NCBI GenBank assembly: GCA_002633005.1
Contig: NMRA01000272.1
Location: 507,581 to 571,580, forward strand
DNA: 64,000 nucleotides
Direction of reading: 5' to 3'
Source: Phoronis australis
Taxonomy: Eukaryota > Animalia > Phoronida
In this document: positions 27,001-39,000 of the stretch, piece after piece
How the letters are laid out: every line of letters starts with the position of its first letter
Numbering within the stretch: the first letter of the stretch is position 1
Translations under genes and position numbers: made by a program
The notes under the pieces: generated by a model
What the model was told of the DNA's origin: nothing
Databases searched by the model: none
Seen by the model: only the letters and a program-made list of their open reading frames with translations

Positions 27001-30000
27001 AAACTTAGAGTAGCTTCCAAAGTATGTACAGCGGGAATCTACTCATTAATCAAAACATATCATTCCACGAATGTTAACCTAAAAATTTTGTAGATAGCAA
27101 AATAAACGTCAAAGACTTGGAATTGTCACTGTGACGAGACACGCGCAGCACTAGTAATATTTTTTGAAAATTATGGGATGTCAAAGAAACCACCGTGTTC
27201 AATATCATGAATATTACTCAAATGAGAAAGCTAAGTTCTGTATAACTAAAATTGCATATGCATAATTGACAAAAATGCTGGTACAGAAGTTTTCAAAATG
27301 AACTAGACAGACTTCGTTAAAACCCTGCCAGGCTCTTCTTACCAGAAATATTTGGCAGCTCAGCCGAACTTTTGTCGACATAAAATAGTGTTTCGCCAGA
27401 ATTTAATGTTACGCTATTGTGCCTACTGGCTAACTGTTTATTAATCACGAATGTATTCGCGCAGTAGGTTGTCGCGGCGACAACGTGCGTGGAGCAACAT
27501 CTGTCGAGATTAGTCGAAACTTAGTCCAGTCGATATTTAGTCGTCGTTTAGTGCGCGGAAACTTTGCTTCGGAACCAATTGTACATTACCTTTTTATGGC
27601 AATATTAAAATCAAAATTTTAAAAATTGAACACATGTAGTTTTCAACATTTTCAACAAATAAACGCATTTAAAATTGTCACAAATAGAAACAATATAAGG
27701 TATGCAAACAATTGGTAGATTCTTTCCGACATTATACTCCTGGAGGTGTCACGTTTTATCTCTGTCTTCTCATTCTTTCTCTATTTATCATCCAGAGAGT
27801 CGCTCAACAAAAATTTGCGCATAACTAAAACGATCATTAAGAGGTGTTAGGGTAATAGAATTTCTCCAAAAATCCACTGGTGCCGCACGCTCGTTATATG
27901 CATCTGTTAAGTATTAACCAAAACCATCAACCATGTCTCTACATACATGTATCATTCGGAAACACGTTTGGCAAATGAACACTGGAAGAAGCTAACATAT
28001 TCAAATATGTTTGGAAATCGTCATATACCGGAGTTCAGCTTTATTAAATCTGTTACCATAATCAACGGATATTTTGAAAAACTTGTCAATGGTGGTCAAT
28101 AGGGTGTGCTGTAGTCAAATCTATCGGAATTTGACTGTTCCAGGTACATCCACTTTAACTGACTACTCCAAATACATCCCAAGTGTAAAGTTTCACGATG
28201 ATCTGGTAATCAGTTTTCTAGATATCACACAGAATCGCTGATGGTAAAGAATAAATTCTCGATCACACCAGAAAAATAACTAGTGCTTGTGCAATTTTCA
28301 CGCATGCTCATCAATAGCTCATCTAGAAACCATCCAGAAACACTTTTGACATAAGTATCCAATGGGAATTTAAAATGAACTACATGGATAGTCAACTCAT
28401 GCCGAAAATAGTGACAGTACACTTCTTCCTCATACACCTGTCGTAAAGAGGTCGTCACTCTGTCTGTCAGGGGCTAAATGTCGCAAATGTTGTTCCAATA
28501 ACATTATGAAAACGTACAACATGATAAAACAACACTTTACATGACAAAACGAAAATATAGTTTACTGGAACATATTTGCACGATACTTCAGCCACCGTCT
28601 GAAACTCCTTTAAATTGAGTTAACGTCACGCTTCATTTGAGAGCCACCTAACTCCGTAATACTTACTGCAAATCCAACTCCTGCGTTACTAACGGCTGCT
28701 TCTGTTCGCCAGAAGGCCTGTTTGACGTTAAAGGATGTCAAGGCGGAACACGTGGTCTTTTCTATTAAAAAAAAGATTAATGGCAGATTGAGGGGTCCCG
28801 GCACCTCTATACCAACAACAAGAATGTTGAAAACGTCATTTATTACGTTGCGACAAATAGTTAGCGGATACTTTTGAGTGCGTGTATTAGGGTGGGGAAG
28901 GGGTGGGGGTTTGCATAACTTAGAAGGGACAACTGTTTTCGCATATATTCAAATGAGATTTTAAAACGAATTGTTCAAGATTTGAAACATAAAGTTGAAG
29001 TTTTAACATGAAAAATGACACCTGTCCAGCTCGATCCCCGAACACTGAAATGTGACATGTTTTAAATATATAAAGACATCTCTTCCCAAGCAAAATTCTG
29101 GGCATACATGTAAATTTTTTGAATTGAGACCCAAAACTGATGTTCTTCGAAGTTGGTCATTCAACACGCCCATTCCGGTCTTATCGGAAAGTGGCATTTT
29201 AATAATAAATTGCAACTTCTGAATACATTTCGGGCATACCAGAGTAGTGTCCTAATAATATTACCTTTCAAAATATACAAGATGACGCTGATTTTGGAAA
29301 CTCTAGGTAACTTACTTTTCGATTTGCAAATGGAACTACATTTGGTTACAGCGACATCTACATCTCAGCGACAAACCCAGGTTAAATTCAATAGCACTTC
29401 TGCAATTACTTTCGGAAAGACAACAAAAATCGTTTAGCTAGTTGACGCTTCATGGAATACATTGTATACTACGTTCATACATGTATTAATGCCGAAAACA
29501 GCAGTTTTACTGGCTGAAACGCTAGCGAAAATGCCAGACAGACGAGCTCTCTCCGCAATGGGGCGATTTCCCCACCACCCGAGTTGCTTCTAAGTGACAA
29601 TTGATGTTAATACACGTTTATTATCTGCCATAAATTGGTTGGTGTGACGTTATCACAAAAGCCTCTTATCCTTACACTTGTGTGTCCTTTGAAGTGGCGG
29701 TCTGACAACTGCCAGCGAAAACACCAGCCCTTTTGGGGAACTCAAACCTGCAGTAAAGCGTCGGCAAAAGTGACCCTCGCAACCATTCACATTATTGGCG
29801 TTATTGCTGGTAGCGAACATGCTAACAAAAACCGTGCCGTTTTAGCCAGACTGTGAAAGAGGTATTGAAAACTTGGCCCTCCGTTGCAAAGTGTTTATAT
29901 GGATAACTGTGTGATTGATGTGGTTAAAACCACCAATTCCATATCAAAACAACAAAAGTATATACAAATAAAAATAAACAGAAACAAGCCCACCAGTCCA

Positions 30001-33000
30001 AGAGCTGTCAAATTAAAACACCCACAAACACTTTTTGACGAGGAGTTACGAGTATTTATTGGTCGATAAATACTACGTAGAATCGGGACAACCAATCACA
30101 ACTTTTGTCATCCGTCACAACGTTTAGTGTGAAAAGCCGACAGCGTCAGATTTCGCTGCTCGTTTTCCCGTGGTTAATGATAAAATAAAGAATAGCGAGG
30201 AGTTGCGTTTGCGCTGGCTGTGACAAATCAGTATTTGAGCGCACTGTGACTCTTTGCACTTTCCTGCAGGAATGAGAGAAGTGCGGATATGGCAAAAGTT
30301 TGTACAAAAGCCTCGAGCTGACGGTGGGTGAGTTCAAACGTCACACTCATGCCCGTGCAGCTAAGAAACTTTCAATTAAAACCGACTTTCTTCTATTTTT
30401 TCGTTTTTGGATTAGTTCCAAGTTGTGGTTGCAGTAAAATGGTACTTAATACACTCTGCGACCTCCTTTGACCAACCTTCAGCAATTTTGGGCCATATTT
30501 CGCAGCATTTCACTGCCAGAGCGCAACTCACTTAACAAAAACTTTAGATTTGTTTTTCCCAATCTGGACATGCGTTAAAGGCAGGTCTCACAAATATTCG
30601 TACATTGCACATTCCAACAAAAATGAACTTCACCCTCTTAAGCATTTCCTTCACAAAAATATACTTTTTGATCTTTACAGGTTCCCAACTCTTTCTCCTT
30701 CTCGATCACAAACATGTGATTTGAACAGCGAAATTTGGTCAACTGTCTTATAAAAACATGCTCGCGTATTGCTGTAACATTCATCTCCATGTCATGTGCG
30801 TGCATCACTTATTTCACTAGTTGATAATACTTTTGAAAGCCAGCTTTGATCACCAGTGTCAACAAAACGCTGCTTAAAAACTCAAGACATGCAATCTTAT
30901 TTTCAGCCTTTGTTGTACCACACATCCCCAAAGCCGTATCCAAATAGTATTTTCTTTACTTCTGAAGCCCAACTATTTTCGTTGTTCTTCGCCATCTCGT
31001 GCTGAACTTTTTAACTCTGTGTAATAAAGCAGGGTTCGTTTTCGGTTACCATAGTCATTGTGCGTCTACCAAACTCCTCCCTTGCTGCTGCATTTGACGT
31101 ATTCTTACCTAGTTAGTATATGCAGTGCTATAAAGGAATGGTTAATTATGCTAGTAGTGTCAAAACAAGGTAAATGGTGGTTTCAAGCACTTTAGACCTG
31201 TACTTTCAAGGTTTAACTCGAAAATTTGAGATTTTGTTCGAACGCGTAACATGACTTGGTCTAGACACGTATTTGTGTAAACTGTAAATGTGTGATACAA
31301 AATAATGGACATTTATCTTGATTTCGCACAAAATAGAACGGAAAATGTCAAAAAGAGTTTGACTTTGAACTTGGAAATTAGATCCCGGACCACAACACGA
31401 ACAGCGAAGCATAGTTCGGTTAAATTGTGAAATTAGACTAGATTAGAAAAATGCCAAATCATAAAGTACATTATGCTAGAATTAGTATTGGTGCATGACG
31501 CATAGTGTCGCCTGCAGCACAGATTGTCGCCGGCAATGCAAACTACCGCAGTGACAAATTGGGCGGCAACATTCTGAAACATAGATTTATCTCGGTTATC
31601 TGTTTTCCCCTTCTCATGAGCCTAAAACAACAACTATAAGGAAATACATAATGGGGTACTTAAAAACAAGGACAAGGATAAACTTGTGTTTGCATAATTT
31701 ACTATCAAACAAATGAATTATTGTCCTGCAAAAAAGAATTCTTTTTTGAGCTTGAACTCGGAGACATTCCTCACCTAATCTCGTAGACATATCCACTTCT
31801 CGAACCATAAGCCTCGCGTAGGTGTTTGACGCGAACACAGTCTGTGAATTATAAGCACTTTTTCCCGTATAACCATCACAGTTACGTACGTAGACATCAA
31901 TAGTGACGTCACCGGCCGCCAGTCCTTTGCATATACCGTCAACTAAAATAGAAAAAAGGTAGTTCGTTCAATCATTTCCCGTTCATGAGCATGCCATTGA
32001 TCTCTGAAAAATTGCTTAAACTTAATGCAAATTGAAAAGTGAACGCAGTCACCCACGGTCTAGGACTTAAAAGGGAACTGTATTTTATTCTGAATAAATT
32101 CTAGATAGTTTTCTATGAATTGTTGATCAATTTCACAAATAATTCAACACCAAAAATTAAACTTATATTCTCTAACGAAGCTCAAAAAATTACGGGCTTG
32201 GAGCGCTGCTTAGTCTCGTAACGTATTTGGCGGGGGCAAAGTCACTGTCCTGTGTTAGCGTGCAATCAAGTAGCGTTTTTTATATTGTCGGAATAAGAAA
32301 TTTTAGTGTGAAATTTCGGGTCACAAGGGATACCTGTTTGAGCCGAGGCAACACAAAGTGATACCCAGCCATCGTCATCGTCAAACGAAAATTTGCCGGT
32401 GCAACTGGTGTCAGTGACTGTGCCGAGGGCAATGTGGACTCTAGCCATCCAGTCAGCCAGCTGTCAGCCAATACTCCGGCAGCTGTGTAAACTTGAAGGG
32501 TTGGTAAGTTACCGACTGTAGCTGTATGAAGACTATCGTACCACTGTGTGTTGAGCTCCGTTAACCCCGAAATTTCAGACAGCCGTTGACTACCCGGGTA
32601 TAGTTGACTCAGTTATGCTCGTCACCTCGTCGTAAAACTTAGGCTACATCAACATATAAAGCTAACGGACCGGCGGGGGCGCATGCAAAATCTGATATAG
32701 TCACCCGACACTTCCATTGTTCGTTGCAGCCGTTTAAGTGGAAAACAATCAAATAAACGTCCTTTGGTAGCATAATTTGCCGCCTTTTTAACAAAGAAGT
32801 GTGTTGTCCGTTTCAAGAACAGCACGCTCGTGACACGGCGCACGCGCCATTTCATAAAAATTTGAGACGTCTTTCGGGACATCATAACAGCTTCGCAGCA
32901 CCAAGGTTGTTCTAAAATTCGGTTTGCTGGTGTAAAAATACTAAAAACTTGAAACAAAATGAAACAAGCTCCGATAATTTGTTATAACATGTACGCAACC

Positions 33001-36000
33001 TAGGTACCGTCAGCGACGAACACATGATAAAAGAATCAGGGGGAAAAGAAACTGGTAAAGGTCAGGTGACGTAATCGCAAAAAGCCGACTCAAGAAAACA
33101 CATCACAATTTTACTAGCACCAGCCGATGAACGATCGCTAACATTTCCAACACCGGTAAATACAGAAGTTAGTTTACTCTAGGAACCTGTTTCCTAGGTT
33201 TACTCAAGGATGACTTAGTTTTAATGACATTTATTTGAGTCAGATTTTATTTGTACATTTTTTACCCATATCGGCTTAAACCTGTAGGCCTATATCTAGT
33301 ATACACTGAGCTTTGGGCCAAGGCTTGGGTAACCCGGCGATGGTATGCGATGACCATCCCTTTAGAAGACGCCTTTTTCGAAGAGTTTGAGCAACCAGGT
33401 GCCATACAAAAAGGCATAGCGAACCTTTTACAGCACTGTGGCAAACAATAAAAAAAAAAGGACGATTGATACAATGATAAATTACGATGTAAACTCTTCA
33501 AATATGACATAAGCAATGAATGTGCAAAGCAGCCGATACCCCGCCGTTCACGTCACTGACACATCAGCCAATCAGCGATCGCTTTCAGAATTCAGTGTTT
33601 TGACCATGAATACGAATTGGCTTTTGTTTGGCACGCAAGTCAGGCAAATGTGAGTTTTATTTGTATGTTAGAACCGATTAACTGCAACATTATTTTGACT
33701 ATAGTCCCCTTTTAAGAGTAAGGCCAAAGCTAATAATACGATAGACGTACATTTCCGTATGCCGTAATCATGTATACGTTATACTTCGAGTCAATTATAA
33801 TGGCAATTTTTAACTGCTAGGCTAGCTGGAAATGTTGAGGTTTGTACTGTGTGTAAAGGTCACGAATGACATTTACTGAAGTTTTACCCTTTTCTGAACG
33901 AACGAAAGAAAGTTGTTTATGGTATTACACATTTTTACTCTGTCTAGGTCTCTCACAAACGTATAATTGCACGCTCAGTCATAACAAAACGATGTAAAAT
34001 GGTTAAAGTCAGTGCTTATCATAGACTACAATATAATAATTATTTAACTCTTATTAAGGTATAATTATCGAATTTTTTGTGGTACATGATTTGCAACAGA
34101 AAGCGGATGATTATAGCACTGCCTTTGTCCATATGATAGCGGAGCGAGCGAAAAACATTCCTCTAACCGCTATCGCTGGGGTATGAATTCTTCATCCCAG
34201 TTTTCATAATTTTCTGATAACGAAATCGTTATAGTACATCTACACACCTGTATTCATTTATATTGTTTTAACGTGCACGATCTGATTCGCCCGAGACGAA
34301 AGTCAGCCAGTAACGTACAATCGGCCGAGTCAGTCAGAGACTCGTAATTACAATCGCCTGGGTATTATTTCGTGGATCAATAAGTTTTTGTTGTTTAAAA
34401 TCTGCATCTTTCACGATTCTTATTTACATAGTTTTACCGTAAGGAAATCTAAGCATTTGGTACATCTGTAACAATTATAATTTTGCATCCTCTTTTTGGT
34501 CTAAAGTGGAATTAATGTATCAAAGGATTACAGTATGCCGTATATCGTTAAATGACGGAATGTTGAAAAGTTCATTTTCCACTAGAATTGACTATTGACT
34601 ATTAGATGAAAGGTATGCCCTCTTAGCCCATTATTTACATGGCCTTTTTTGTATGGGTCCCCAGGGGTATGTTTCATGAAAGTGACATTTAAGTCTTAAA
34701 AGGCTTTAGACAGAAAAATTGTCTTACGTTCCACATAACAATTTCGAAAAAATAATCGAAACTCAATTTAGAAAAGAACACAGTATCTGAGAATATACCC
34801 ATAATTGTTTCTTACTGAGAAAATTTGTATTAGTTATTTCCAGGCAGTGTTATGCTCATAATCACACGACTAAACCTTTATTTGGCAGCTGTGATGCGGG
34901 AACGCAAGACCAATTTTCTGTCTTAAGTCTTAAGTCATTTTTCAAGAAACAGACCCCAGGGTCAATTGTATGCGTACATGTATAAGGAGGTTACAATATT
35001 AAAGTCATAGTTATTTTTCCAGTTGACAATTAGTAATTTTGGTAACTTAAACAAGTTTCTGCAATGGACTAGGATGTTTAAATTCAATTTATATAGGTTT
35101 ACTAGTTTATACATAAATTCATAGTAGTAAAACCTCGGGGTTACCAGTTACGTGAATCGAATACAAGAGTGTCATCATTTCCTTGACAACAGGGAGAGGG
35201 AGAAAGTTCTAGCGTTCGGGTCAAATTTGAGGACTTCATTATCTCATTGTTCCTTACTGGAAGGGCCGCCAACGTCGAACAAGTTTTAAACCTCCCAATA
35301 ATGTAGTGTCGCCGTTGGTCACGTGTTGTATTCAATCTATCCGTTCTTGTTACGAAAAATCGGGATTAATTTGCATCTCCCATCCAATCGACACCTGTTT
35401 ATGAACTGCTGTATACGCCATCGACATGTATTTTGGGAACCCTCCCAACACTGTCGTAAGATTTCCGATGCAGAAACGGAAGTCGAGGTTTGGACTGCAC
35501 ACGGTGACTTATTTTTACTAGTGTGAAAGTTGAGGAAAGAACTTAGGACCCTTTACCTTCTTCAACTTTGATATAGTTGAGGGCCACGTTATCCTCGTAA
35601 TGTACGATGTCTATTACATCAGATGCGGGGCACTTTGTTCCGTTGAACTTAAAGTAAAGAGTTCCACAACACGCTGAAGAACATCCTTTGGCTCCACGAA
35701 AATCGGTTAGTAATGTCACATGCAGACCAGATGTAGATGATTTTTTCGGATAAACCCTTGTCTGGAAGATATAGTTATATATATTTATATGCGCTAACTG
35801 CGAAGCGATACCGAAGTTTACAGTGAAACAACACGTGTAGTTGAGATAAAAGGTCATATATATTATGACAAACTAAACTACTACAGATATCAGTAATTAC
35901 AAAAGTTACATAACATGTTGAACTGTAAAGGTGGGTGACAATCTGCCTCCAATGAAGGTATACACAAGTGGTGAATAGTAAGCTAAGAAACAATATGCGG

Positions 36001-39000
36001 AAGCATAACAGCAACACCGGGACAGCGACAGGTGAAATTTGAAGATAACAGAGAAAGAAAGAAAATTGGTTTACCAGTATACTCGTTTGCTTGGTGTACA
36101 CTATTTTTTTTAACCACTGTCTTGGAAACAAGTTTGTGCCAGATCCAATGCATTCTGAAATTGACACCGTTCTGGAGATTTCCCAAGACTGAGAACCGAC
36201 CCCAAAACGTTGTTACACCTGAAATATTTAACATTCGTTGGAGAACTATTTAGCCTGTTCAACACGTACCTGCAGTTTATGTTCTGTTGCGCGGTCGGTC
36301 GTCCAGACTTGATTTGTCTTTCCAATATAAAACTGCCGAATATTGCCCATCAGCTCCTCTGAACAATCGTCCTCTTCGGCTGAAAATAATGAAAAACGCG
36401 ATAATGGCCGTTGTGAACAAATTTCACAATTGTGCTTTTAGTCTCGTGTATGGCTTGTGGTTGCTTCTGCTCGTCCCGTAGACGCAAAAATCGCCCAAAG
36501 TAAGCTAACGTGATCACGTGCTTCATCACTAACAGTTAGGTAAGCGTATTACACCGTATCTTGAGTAACATTCAGACAAAAAAGCATGAAACATCTTGTA
36601 TTTCGGGGATCAAAAACAATGCCAAACGTCCATTTCTGGTTTTGGTAACTTCATCTGTTACCCTTTGTAGTAAACTGCCCCTTTGCCGAACCCTATTCGA
36701 GCAGACGTGCGAAGTGTCGTCCATTTACACAACCTGTTGTTTAGCAGATCTACTGTTCGTGTAAGTGAACTGACTTGAAGACGAGACGGTCTTGCCACCT
36801 TTTTTGCTGGATGCTTTGGTTGTGATTCATGTTTTTGCCTTTTCACGAGTTTAATGCGTCCACGGAACGCTCAATGCACGCACATTCCAGGTTTTGTTCT
36901 ACATCCTTTCTCCTCGTCCCCTAATATATACTGTACATGTACATGTATGTGTTTTTAAGTATCAGTCCACGGATCCACCGACCACTGTACAGCCAACAAG
37001 CGGCAAGGTGGGGGGTCAGCCATTCAGATCCATGTTTAGTCTGATAAATCACATTAGGGATGAGAGAAATTGGGTGAAGTATGACACCACAAAGTTTGGT
37101 GGTTTAGGAAATACAAGGGAAGTGTTCTCGAGGGCAAAATGAGGCAATTTCTTGGTGTGGAATGAGTCATTTTTGACCAAATTTTCTACTCCAGTTTCTG
37201 CTTCAAACAGAATCGTTTCTGAACAATTTTGATATCACATGATAGGTTCATGACCAATGTCAGTAAAAACGGCACCGACACTGCAATATCTGTTACTATG
37301 GTAACACTGGAACTGTTTCCGTGGAGGTACATTTCCTTCTTGTGAAAAACCAGCAGTAAGTTGTACCCTTATAGCGAAGCTGCCCCCGCGAGAAAACTAA
37401 AAATAATAACATGGACATGTAGAAGACTCCATGCCCTTGAAATTAATACAATAAAAACTTTGTCAGCCCTTCAGGCAGGCTTGGTAATAGGTGTCTGAAT
37501 TTCACTATTTTCAGACCGCGTATGTGTATTTGTCATGTTAAACCAGTCACTAGTTGTGCGCCGTTTCTACGCATTAATATGCCGTGGTATAATACAACAA
37601 TTAAAAGAATTGGTTTGCTTAAATGTTTTTAATTAATTTTAAAGACACTAGCATTTCCCACTAAAATATGAAATTATACTAAATTTGTTCATCCAACTCG
37701 TCTGAATACCAAACTAAAGCTTACAATGCGTTAGTTGAATGATGGCTGACCTAAAGTGCGGGTTTGCGAATTTATCTATTTATCTGGCACTGCCAGTCGC
37801 ATCGAATGTGGTATTTCTACAAATTGCGGAGAGAAACAACTTTGGAAACTCTTGGGAAATGCACAAGGTATAGAGCGAGACATTTGAGCACCTTATAAGA
37901 GTACGTGGAGCTGATGTGGAGGTGGAACGTGTCCTCCTCAGAAGTAGTCTGTCTCGTCTCAGTCTCAGTGTCTGCCTCGGAGGCAGGTGTGGAGCAGGAG
38001 CTACATAATCTACCTTATTAGATTCACTTGCCCGAATCATCGTTACAACACTCGAGATATATTGCTGTCGCCAAAGACACTGAGAACATCCACTGCACAC
38101 TAGAGGAGAAATCTGATAGAGCCTGATAGAGGTCTGAAAAATGACCAAAGACGTTAAGTCAAGGTTCAACGTCCTGCTTCGTGTGAGCTCAGGTAGGAAT
38201 CACTAAACTCCAGGGTCTGACCCTGAGGAATATTTTTAGAAGCACGTCATTCATGCAAAAATACTTTTATTGTCACACCGTGATTGCTTATAACTTGGGC
38301 CTTATTGCTTAATCATATCTTATTCAAATGTGTTGATGTTTATGCAACTACATGTATACATTGGCATAGAAAATAGGTAGTCATCATAACTTTTCATAAC
38401 AACCACCAAATGTGTAACATGACTTCTGCCCATGAACTACTTTTAGAGACTAGGGAGTATGTTATGTCTGCCAATGAATTTCTGCGATTATGAAGTTAAT
38501 TAAACATGCTAAAGCCGTCAAAAATATTGGTGCCTTCACTTTAGCTTGGTATTCATATTTTCTGAGCCGAAATGGCCACATTAAATTTAATATGTTTAAT
38601 TTTTTCATTAATACAATTTTAGGAATCAGGAAAGGCTTATGCTGAAGAAGTGGCTTCTGCTGAAGTTGGAGACTTGCCGATTATTAGTAAAGGTTGGGTA
38701 TGGAAAAGTTCACAACCAGCAAGAAGGTACCCTTCTGGACAACTAAGTGAGGGGGCTAGAGAGAGGCCGTAAAGTCTACTCCCAGAAGATATGTCAAAGA
38801 GAATTTGTAGCTTGAGGAACGAGTCGGGGGAAAAAGTATTTGCCAAAGATTACTGGCTTATACCACAACAGGTCCAAAGTAATTTGTTGAGATAGGCCAC
38901 TCTCAGCAAATGTGGGGAAACTGGGACAGAGGAAGTGGAGTATGCATTGAAAGAGGCAATCTGCGATTGTCAAGGATGTAGCATTGTAAAAATTCAAAGG

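Noticed and set aside
23309-35857. Several separate tandem CTHRC1 paralogue genes
   Set aside because: The last exons of repeats 1 and 2 end in strong donors (gtgagg, gtaagt) rather than stops and join in phase to the next repeat. The repeat 2-3 intron is only 137 nt, leaving no room for a promoter, signal peptide or collagen exon.
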